Below, in pieces: positions 16,999-24,000 of a stretch of DNA of 24,000 bases; position 1 is the first letter of the stretch, and each line of letters opens with the position of its first letter. Where the stretch lies: positions 1,285,805 through 1,309,804 of the forward strand of contig NZ_CP014608.1 of assembly GCF_001586165.1 (NCBI RefSeq), in the 5' to 3' direction. Made by a program: the position numbers and the translations under genes. The notes beneath the pieces are model-generated. The model was not told the DNA's origin. It did no database searches and saw only the letters and a program-made list of their open reading frames with translations. The DNA is from Obesumbacterium proteus. GTDB taxonomy: Bacteria; Pseudomonadota; Gammaproteobacteria; Enterobacterales; Enterobacteriaceae.

Positions 16999-17910
16999 AT
17001 GACGACATCCAACCCGTTAAAAGACGCTGATTTTGAGGGCTGGCTGGCCAGTATTAATCAGGCCTGTGGGCGTTTTGCTGCCAAAACACTGGGGGAAGGA
17101 TTTAGTGGTTCGGTGCAGGAGTTTCGCTCCGGTGCTCTGCGTTTGAGCATGGTTGATATTGCGCAAACCAAGCTTTACCGAACGCCAAAGGAAATTGCCC
17201 AGAGCGACGGTTCTTACTTTTACACCGTATTTCAGCTCAGCGGTCATTCTGAAATGGAACAAGAGGGGCAGCGAGCGCTGCTTTCGGCGGGAGATATCAC
17301 CCTGATTGATGCCGCTAAACCGAGCACTTTTACCTTCAGCGATACCTCTAGCCAAATCTCATTGCTGCTGCCGCGTGGCTATCTTGAACGTAATTTGCAG
17401 TTTGCCGATTTGCGCTGTGCGCAACGTTTGGCGGCGGGCGCGCCGATGGTGCGGCTTAGCCAACAGCTGGTGCAAGAGAGTATGCGTAATAGCGCGTTAG
17501 ATCAGCAGGAAAGCGAAGCGGTTTTAGATGCGGTGGCTACCTTACTGCGTCCGGTGCTGATTGCGCGTGATGATGATGCGCCACAGGATAAAGTATTTAG
17601 CCGCACGCTGACTTTTATCGATAAACATATTCAGTCGGAATCGCTGCGGCCAGAGTGGATTGCCAGCGAAGTGGGCGTTTCGGTGCGTAGCCTGTATCGC
17701 ATGTTTGCTCGCAAAGGGCTGGTGGTGGCGCAATACATCAAAAACCGCCGTCTTGATCTCTGCGCTAACGCTTTGCGCAGTGCGCCGGTGCGGCAAAAAC
17801 TGTCAGATATTGGCTACTCGTGGGGCTTTGCCGACCACAGCCATTTCTCTACCGCGTTCAAAACGCGTTTCGGCATTACGCCGGGCGAATACCGCAAACA
17901 GTATCGTTAG
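16999..17910 (+). CDS. feaR: AraC-family activator FeaR (aromatic amine/phenylacetaldehyde regulon)
   Basis: 303 aa, collinear with E. coli FeaR (FYTVFQLSG, GDITL.DA, ISLLLPR, RPEWIA.E.G.SVRSLYRMFA.KGLVVAQYI.NRRLD, GFADHSHFST.FK.RFG.TPGEYR). GAGG RBS. Confidence 0.9.
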   Translation: MTTSNPLKDADFEGWLASINQACGRFAAKTLGEGFSGSVQEFRSGALRLSMVDIAQTKLYRTPKEIAQSDGSYFYTVFQLSGHSEMEQEGQRALLSAGDITLIDAAKPSTFTFSDTSSQISLLLPRGYLERNLQFADLRCAQRLAAGAPMVRLSQQLVQESMRNSALDQQESEAVLDAVATLLRPVLIARDDDAPQDKVFSRTLTFIDKHIQSESLRPEWIASEVGVSVRSLYRMFARKGLVVAQYIKNRRLDLCANALRSAPVRQKLSDIGYSWGFADHSHFSTAFKTRFGITPGEYRKQYR

Positions 17911-18191
17911 TCTCATCTTCGTGAGTTTGTCATCTGCGACAAAGCTGATGGCATACACAACAAATTAATCCCCCCGATGAATTGCTATGTTTGAGCTGGG
18001 TCAGTCGATACTGGCCTTGCATAACCGTAGCAGCGCGTGGCGGCAGACCAACAATAAGACACCAAAAAAGTCTCTAAAAGATCTCTTGAGGAACCGATTT
18101 TCAACAGCACGCTCGTATACCAGGTCGAGATTATCCCGCGCACTGATTCACTGACATGAATGCCAACTTTTAGTGGTGAGGTAATAAAGCT

Positions 18192-20507
18192 ATGTTTTAT
18201 AAAACCCAGTCCTATAAAAAACTGACTCGCAAAACAATGATGAAAAAACGCCTGCCGGTTGCGATTGCGCTGGCGCTCGGGCTGTTGACGTCTGCGGGCT
18301 GGCAAAACAGCGCACAGGCACATGGTGCGGCGGCGCATATGGTGCCGATGGAGAAAACGCTGGCTGAATTTGGGGCGGATGTGCAGTGGGATGATTATGC
18401 CCGCATGTTCACCATTGCCAAAGACGGCGCTTATATCAAAGTGAAGCCCGATTCCAACGAAGCCATCGTGAATGGCAAACCGTTGAAACTGGCGGTGCCG
18501 GTGGTGTTTCGCGACAAAGTGGCCTATATGTCGGAAGACTTTATCAATGAAGTTTTTCAATCTGGCTTAGACCAGACTTTCGCCGTTGAAAAACGCACCC
18601 ATCCGCTTAATCCGCTGAGCGCAGATGAAATCAAAACGGCGGTAGAGGCGATCAAAGCTTCAGATAACTATCACGATAACTTCCGCTTTACGGAAATCTC
18701 TCTGCGGGAGCCGCCAAAAGAGGAGGTTTGGCAGTTTGTGTTGAGCGGAAAAAACGTTGAGCAGCCGCGTCAGGCGAATGTCACCGTGCTGGATGGTAAG
18801 CACGTTGTGGAAAGCGTGGTGGATTTAACCGATAAAAAAGTGGTGTCGTGGACGCCAATCAAAGATGCGCAGGGCATGGTGCTATTGGATGATTTTGCCA
18901 CCGTTCAGGCGGTGATAAGCGCCAGCACTGATTTTGCCGCCGTGCTGAAAAAGCGTGGAATTGCCGATCCCAGCAAGGTGATCACCACGCCGCTGACCGT
19001 GGGTTATTTCGATGGTAAAGATGGGCTAACGCAGGATCAACGCTTGCTCAAAGTGATCAGCTATCTGGACGTGGGTGACGGCAACTATTGGGCGCATCCG
19101 ATCGAAAACCTTGTGGCAGTGGTCGATCTTGAACAGAAAAAAATTATCAAAATAGAAGAGGGGCCGGTGATCCCGGTGCCGATGGCTCCGCGTCCGTATG
19201 ATGGCCGCGACCGCAAAGCGCCAGATATTAAACCGCTGGAAATCGTTGAGCCGGAAGGTAAAAACTACACCATCACCGGCAATACCATCCACTGGCAAAA
19301 CTGGGATTTCCACGCGGGGTTGAACTCTCGCGTTGGCCCGATCATTTCGACGGTGACCTACAACGATCAGGGCAAAAAGCGCAAGATCATGTATGAGGGA
19401 TCGCTGGGCGGTATGATCGTTCCTTATGGCGATCCGGATATCGGCTGGTACTTCAAAGCCTATCTTGATTCCGGTGATTACGGCATGGGCACGTTAACCT
19501 CGCCGATTGCCCGTGGCAAAGATGCGCCGTCGAATGCGGTGCTGATCGACCAAACGATCGCGGATTACACCGGCAGGCCGATGGCTATTCCGCGGGCGAT
19601 CGCCATCTTTGAACGTTACGCAGGGCCAGAATATAAGCATCAGGAAATGGGGCAGCCCAACGTGAGCGCCGAGCGCCGTGAGTTGGTGGTGCGCTGGATC
19701 AGCACCGTGGGCAACTATGACTATATTTTTGACTGGGTATTCCATCAAAACGGTACGATTGGCATCGACGCGGGTGCAACGGGGATCGAAGCGGTGAAAG
19801 GCGTGAAAGCGCGCACCATGCAGGATCCAACCGCCAAAGAAGATACCAAATACGGCACCCTTATCGATCACAACATCGTCGGAACCACGCATCAGCATAT
19901 CTACAATTTCCGTTTGGATATGGACATCGACGGCGAGAACAATAGCTTGGTTGAGCTGAATCCTGATGTGAAGCCAAACGATCGTAGCGGCCCACGCACC
20001 AGTACCATGCAGGTGGATCAGGTCGATGTGAAAACTGAAAAAGAGGCGGCGCAGAAGTTTGATCCTTCCACTATCCGACTGTTAAGTAACTCGACTATCA
20101 CCAACAAGATGGGCAATCCGGTTTCTTATCAACTGATCCCTTACGCGGGCGGAACTCACCCAATCGCCAAAGGGGCGAACTTTGGTAAAGACGAATGGAT
20201 TTATCATCGCCTGAGCTTTATGGATAAACAGCTGTGGGTGACGCGCTATAACCCAGAAGAACGCTACCCTGAGGGGAAATATCCAAACCGTTCTATTCAC
20301 GATACCGGTCTGGGGCAGTATTCTTCAGACAACCAGTCGATTGAAAATACGGATAACGTGGTGTGGCTGACCACCGGCACCACGCATGTGGCGCGCGCGG
20401 AAGAGTGGCCGATTATGCCAACAGAATGGGTGCATGCGCTGCTGAAACCGTGGAACTTCTTCAGTGAAACGCCAACGTTGGATTTGAATGGGAAGAAGGG
20501 GGAGTAG
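18192..20507 (+). CDS. tynA: Periplasmic copper/topaquinone primary amine oxidase TynA
   Basis: 771 aa with long identical blocks to E. coli TynA (HMVPM.KTL.EFGADVQWDDYA, VISYLDVGDGNYWAHPIENLVAVVDLEQKK, TVGNYDYIFDW containing the TPQ tyrosine motif, HNIVGTTHQHIYNFRLD). Sec signal ends at AQA|HG. ATG 18192 has a GGTGAGG RBS. ATG 18237 or 18240 are alternative starts. Confidence 0.95.
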   Translation: MFYKTQSYKKLTRKTMMKKRLPVAIALALGLLTSAGWQNSAQAHGAAAHMVPMEKTLAEFGADVQWDDYARMFTIAKDGAYIKVKPDSNEAIVNGKPLKLAVPVVFRDKVAYMSEDFINEVFQSGLDQTFAVEKRTHPLNPLSADEIKTAVEAIKASDNYHDNFRFTEISLREPPKEEVWQFVLSGKNVEQPRQANVTVLDGKHVVESVVDLTDKKVVSWTPIKDAQGMVLLDDFATVQAVISASTDFAAVLKKRGIADPSKVITTPLTVGYFDGKDGLTQDQRLLKVISYLDVGDGNYWAHPIENLVAVVDLEQKKIIKIEEGPVIPVPMAPRPYDGRDRKAPDIKPLEIVEPEGKNYTITGNTIHWQNWDFHAGLNSRVGPIISTVTYNDQGKKRKIMYEGSLGGMIVPYGDPDIGWYFKAYLDSGDYGMGTLTSPIARGKDAPSNAVLIDQTIADYTGRPMAIPRAIAIFERYAGPEYKHQEMGQPNVSAERRELVVRWISTVGNYDYIFDWVFHQNGTIGIDAGATGIEAVKGVKARTMQDPTAKEDTKYGTLIDHNIVGTTHQHIYNFRLDMDIDGENNSLVELNPDVKPNDRSGPRTSTMQVDQVDVKTEKEAAQKFDPSTIRLLSNSTITNKMGNPVSYQLIPYAGGTHPIAKGANFGKDEWIYHRLSFMDKQLWVTRYNPEERYPEGKYPNRSIHDTGLGQYSSDNQSIENTDNVVWLTTGTTHVARAEEWPIMPTEWVHALLKPWNFFSETPTLDLNGKKGE

Positions 20508-20533
20508 GAGGAGTAGTTTATTCTTCGGCTGTA

Positions 20534-20765
20534 ACCCCCTCCCAACCTCCCCCTTCGCAGGGGGAGGAGCAGATCGAACTCTTCATTACTATCGAGGCAC
20601 ATTCGGCTCCCTCCCCTTCGCAGGGAGGAGCAGATCAAACTCTTCATCACTATCGAGGCACATTCGGCTCGCTCCCCTTCGCAGGGAGGAGCAGATCGAA
20701 CTCTTCATTACTATCGAGGCACATTCGGCTCCCTCCCCTGCGAGGGGGAGGGCTGGGGTGGGGGC
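20534..20765. repeat. Tandem 61-bp repeat array (about 3.5 units), each unit headed by a GC hairpin, bracketed by inverted REP-like elements
   Basis: GCAGATC recurs at 20569, 20630 and 20691, a 61-bp period. The hairpins are CCTCCCCC-TTCGCA-GGGGGAGG (20546-20567), CCTCCC..GGGAGG (20610-20628), CTCCC..GGGAG (20672-20688) and CCCTCCCC..GGGGAGGG (20731-20752). The left end has a C-rich tail (AACCCCCTCCCAACC, 20534-20548). The right end has a G-rich tail (GGCTGGGGTGGGGGC, 20751-20765). Confidence 0.9.
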
Positions 20766-20773
20766 AGTTGTTC

Positions 20774-22273
20774 TCAATACCGCACACACACCGTTTTGGT
20801 TTCGGTATAGGCATCCAGCCAATCAGTGCCAAAATCACGTCCGGTTCCTGACTGTTTCACGCCGCCAAACGGCATATTCGCATCGATCAGCGTATGACTA
20901 TTCACCCACACGGTGCCTGCCTGAATACGCGGAGTATAGGCCATCGCGGTTTGCAGGCTGGTGGTCCATAGGCTGGCGGTGAGGCCAAAGTCGGTATCGT
21001 TGGCCTGATGCAGCGCATTTTCGGCGTCTTTTACCCGAATAAGGTTAACGACGGGGCCGAAAACTTCTTCTCGCGATAAATTCAGCGCGGCATCAGGGTT
21101 AATCACCAGCGTTGGGGGAATATAAAAGCCCTGCGCATCAGGCCCTGTAGCTCCGCTGATCAGCTCGGCATTTTTGGCTTTAGCATCTTGCAGATAAGAC
21201 GCGACTTTGTCGCGATGCTGGCGTGAAACCAATGGATTTATTTGGGTGGTGGCATCCATACCGGGGCCGACGGAAAGCGATTTTATCGCTTGTTCAAAAC
21301 CGGCAACCAGATTGTCGAAAATCGGCGCTTCGATATAGATACGTGAACTGGCGGCGCAAACTTGCCCTTGGTTGAGGAAACTTCCCGCCATCAGGCCTTC
21401 AATCACCTGTTGCTGATCGGCGTCTTTCAGCACGATGGCCGGATTTTTACCGCCTAGCTCCAGAGTGACTCGCGTTAAGCGGTCGGCAGCGGCACGGGCA
21501 ATGCCCTTGCCAACCGGCGTTGAGCCAGTAAAGCTGACCTTCGCCACCAGCGGATGTTCGGTTAAGGCTTTGCCGCATACCGATCCTTTGCCGGTGACGA
21601 TATTAAATACGCCATCGGGAACTCCTGCTTCGCTGGCAAGTTCGGCCATGCGTAGCAGGGTTAACGGCGTAGTTTCAGACGGTTTAATGACGATAGAACA
21701 TCCCGCCGCCAGCGCTGGCATGACCTTCCAAATCCCAATCATCAGCGGGAAGTTCCACGGCACGATACCGGCTACCACGCCGATCGGTTCTTTGCGGGTG
21801 TAAGCCATATATTTCGCACCGGCGGGCATCGGTATCGATACATCCATGGTTTGCCCGGTGATTTTGGTGGTGAGACCGGCGGTATAGCGCATCCAGTTCA
21901 GCGTGCAGCCCACTTCGAAGGCGCGGGAAATATTAATCGATTTGCCTTGTTCCAAGGTTTCTAGCTGCGCCAGTTCTTCTGCGTGTTGTTCTACGAGGTC
22001 AGCGTAGCGTAGCAAAATGCGCTCACGCTCGGCGGGTAAACGCTGTGACCACACACCGGCGCAAAAGGCCTGATGAGCCGACGTGACCGCGCGCGAAACG
22101 TCTTCGGCGTTGGCGTCAGCCGAAGAGGCGATCTGTTCGCCGTTTGCGGGGTTATAAATTGCTAAGCGCGCATCCGACGTGGAGTCGCACCACTTTCCAT
22201 CAATATAAAGTCCGTGCTGACGGTCCAGAAAACGCGTAACGCTGTCGAGGATTGCTACTGTGTTGTCGGGCAT
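20774..22273 (-). CDS. feaB: Phenylacetaldehyde dehydrogenase FeaB (NAD-dependent aldehyde dehydrogenase)
   Basis: 499 aa, same length as E. coli FeaB and collinear with it ([77 protein letters not shown]-terminal TK.VCVRY). GGGAGGG RBS. Confidence 0.95.
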   Translation of the reverse strand: MPDNTVAILDSVTRFLDRQHGLYIDGKWCDSTSDARLAIYNPANGEQIASSADANAEDVSRAVTSAHQAFCAGVWSQRLPAERERILLRYADLVEQHAEELAQLETLEQGKSINISRAFEVGCTLNWMRYTAGLTTKITGQTMDVSIPMPAGAKYMAYTRKEPIGVVAGIVPWNFPLMIGIWKVMPALAAGCSIVIKPSETTPLTLLRMAELASEAGVPDGVFNIVTGKGSVCGKALTEHPLVAKVSFTGSTPVGKGIARAAADRLTRVTLELGGKNPAIVLKDADQQQVIEGLMAGSFLNQGQVCAASSRIYIEAPIFDNLVAGFEQAIKSLSVGPGMDATTQINPLVSRQHRDKVASYLQDAKAKNAELISGATGPDAQGFYIPPTLVINPDAALNLSREEVFGPVVNLIRVKDAENALHQANDTDFGLTASLWTTSLQTAMAYTPRIQAGTVWVNSHTLIDANMPFGGVKQSGTGRDFGTDWLDAYTETKTVCVRY

Positions 22274-22758
22274 AAGCCCTCCCGTCGGTCGAAAAATGGA
22301 TTAGTAGAGTGGGGTTGTCGTGGAGCGACAAAACCAGTCATCACCTCATGAGTCTATAACAAGGATAGTTTTATCTTTTTGCTGTGTCTGACATTCGATT
22401 GGTGGGGTATGACAGAGGGAGGCAATGCGCTTAAGCGGTTCTCTAACCGCGGGGATAGTCACGTAGACAATAGGGTTACTCATGTTAGTATATATAAGCA
22501 AAAGCTATTGATGTGTTTGTTTCATTCATACAAAGATAGGACGTCTTGTTATGAAAACATCCATTTTTGGCGTTACCCCAATCAGCGTTGATGTCTGCGA
22601 TTTAGAACGGCAGATGCCTGCTTTCGCGCATTTTTTCTCCTGTTTTAACCTTGTTCAATCGACCGAAACTCTTCCTCACAGAGCGGATTAGCTGCGTCTG
22701 TAGTGTAGCCGAGTGCCGCGCTTTTTGTTTTTACTAGCATGGAACACAGCGAGTATTT

Positions 22759-23832
22759 ATGGATATCAAAAATAGAAAACGTCTCACTTTTTACTCAATC
22801 ATTATCATCGCCATCGTGGTGGCCTTTGCCGCGTGGTGGAGCCTGCGTGCGCCAGGTTTGCCTGACGGATTTGCCAGCAGCAATGGGCGCATTGAAGCCA
22901 CGGAAATCGATATTTCGACCAAAGTGGCGGGGCGCATCGATAAAATCGTGGTGCGCGAAGGCGATTTTGTGAAGCAGGGCGACGTACTAGCGCACATGGA
23001 TACGCGTGTTTTGAACGAGCAGCGTATCGAAGCCGAAGCACAGATCCGTGAAACACAAAGCGCAGTCGCCACCGCGAAGTCGTTACTGGCACAGCGGCAA
23101 AGTGAAAAACTGGCAGCGCAGGCGGTGGTGAAACAGCGTGAAGCGGAATTGAACTCGGCGAATAAACGCTATGCCCGTTCACAAGCGCTGTCTAAACGCG
23201 GGGCGGTGTCGGCTCAGCAGCTTGATGACGATATGGCGGCGGCGCAAAGCGCTCGCGCAGCGTTGGAATCCGCTAAGGCTCAGGTTTCAGCCGCGCAGGC
23301 CGCTATCGAATCCGCACAGGCGGGCATCATTCAGGCCAATACGCGCGTGGAAGCGGCTAAAGCCACCGAACGCCGTATTACCGCTGATATTGAAGACAGC
23401 GCCTTGAAAGCACCGCGTGATGGGCGGATCCAGTACCGCGTGGCTGAGCCGGGAGAGGTGTTAGCCGCGGGGGGCCGCGTGCTGAATATGGTCGATCTCA
23501 GCGATGTTTACATGACGTTCTTCCTGCCAACCGAACAGGCGGGCAGGGTTGCAATCGGAAGTGACGTGCACGTTGTCCTTGATGCCGCGCCAACGTTGCG
23601 TCTGCCTGCGAAAGCCACCTTTGTGGCCAGCGTGGCGCAGTTCACGCCGAAAACGGTCGAAACCGATAATGAGCGCCTGAAGCTGATGTTCCGCGTAAAA
23701 GCGCGAATTTCCCCTGAACTGCTGGAAAAATACCTCGAATACGTGAAAACGGGTTTGCCAGGTATGGCCTATGTGCGTTTGGATAACAGTAAAAGCTGGC
23801 CAGAAGATCTGGATGTGAGGTTGCCGCAATGA
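22759..23832 (+). CDS. yhiI: HlyD-family membrane-fusion/periplasmic adaptor protein YhiI
   Basis: 357 aa, collinear with E. coli YhiI as recalled ([106 protein letters not shown]). Confidence 0.9.
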   Translation: MDIKNRKRLTFYSIIIIAIVVAFAAWWSLRAPGLPDGFASSNGRIEATEIDISTKVAGRIDKIVVREGDFVKQGDVLAHMDTRVLNEQRIEAEAQIRETQSAVATAKSLLAQRQSEKLAAQAVVKQREAELNSANKRYARSQALSKRGAVSAQQLDDDMAAAQSARAALESAKAQVSAAQAAIESAQAGIIQANTRVEAAKATERRITADIEDSALKAPRDGRIQYRVAEPGEVLAAGGRVLNMVDLSDVYMTFFLPTEQAGRVAIGSDVHVVLDAAPTLRLPAKATFVASVAQFTPKTVETDNERLKLMFRVKARISPELLEKYLEYVKTGLPGMAYVRLDNSKSWPEDLDVRLPQ

Positions 23833-24000
23833 GGCCGTTAGGTGCTAATAAAGACCCGCAGGCGGCTCCCATCGTTCGGCTTGAGCAGGTTAGCCAGCAC
23901 TATGGCAATACTCAGGCATTGCAGCAGATAACGTTGGATATACCGGCGCGAAAAATGGTGGGGCTGATTGGGCCTGACGGCGTAGGAAAATCCAGTCTGT
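23829..24000 (+). CDS. rbbA: ABC-type ATPase/permease fusion RbbA (YhiH), N-terminal 57 codons only
   Basis: ATGA start/stop overlap with yhiI. The sequence ...[32 protein letters not shown] reproduces the E. coli RbbA N-terminus, including the Walker A motif. Runs off the window. Confidence 0.85.
   Translation, partial: MRPLGANKDPQAAPIVRLEQVSQHYGNTQALQQITLDIPARKMVGLIGPDGVGKSSL

Noticed and set aside
17985-18560. 191-aa minus-strand ORF overlapping the tynA promoter and 5' end
   Set aside because: It is antisense to a strongly supported tynA. The product is His/Arg-rich and low-complexity, with no RBS. It is a shadow ORF.
20534-20765. Possible CRISPR array
   Set aside because: The whole 61-bp unit repeats, with no unique spacers between repeats. 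There are only about 3.5 units and no cas genes. This is a tandem or REP-type repeat, not a CRISPR.
20488-20982. 164-aa plus-strand ORF and the 117-, 77- and 62-aa minus-strand ORFs (20297-20838) running through the tynA/feaB spacer
   Set aside because: They are read straight through the 61-bp tandem repeats and give periodic low-complexity peptides (for example the repeated SRMCLDS.EEFDLLLP). They overlap the ends of tynA or feaB and have no RBS. They are artefacts of the repeat.
22379-22591. 70-aa TTG-initiated ORF in the feaB/yhiI spacer
   Set aside because: Non-ATG start with no RBS, in AT-rich promoter-like sequence between divergent genes. No recognisable domain.
22551-22691. 46-aa ORF (MKTSIFGVTPISVDV...) with an AGGA 8 nt upstream, just ahead of yhiI
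   Set aside because: It is possible as a leader or small protein. However, I see no clear terminator, no hydrophobic or Cys pattern, and no homology I recognise. The support is insufficient to call it.

Overview
This is an Enterobacterales chromosomal-type window. Its products are clearly orthologous to E. coli K-12 proteins but diverged from them. All homology calls come from my memory of those proteins; no search was run.

Gene order, left to right:
- The 3' tip of an unidentified gene.
- A yaaU-like MFS transporter and fixXCBA on the minus strand.
- A 761-bp AT-rich divergent control region.
- caiTABCD on the plus strand. It ends without caiE or caiF. A tiny Cys-rich ORF and a strong terminator follow instead.
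- A ~3-kb accessory insert made only of plasmid-maintenance functions: an iteron/palindrome parC-like site, a ParM actin-like ATPase and an unusually long ParR-like protein. A convergent higB-higA toxin-antitoxin pair with two operator palindromes completes the insert.
- A lipoprotein (DUF1615-like) with lytic-transglycosylase-like motifs.
- The aromatic-amine module feaR-tynA and convergent feaB. A 61-bp tandem repeat array, bracketed by inverted REP-like hairpins, fills their spacer.
- yhiI (HlyD-type adaptor) and the first 57 codons of rbbA/yhiH.

I do not see a convincing brand-new multi-gene system. The most unusual content:
- The orphan par + TA island. It sits at a synteny breakpoint with no replication, integration or transposition genes.
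- The double-length ParR-like protein.
- The truncated cai operon with its Zn-ribbon-like micro-ORF.
- The structured repeat array between tynA and feaB.
- A nested-helix element in the caiA-caiB spacer.
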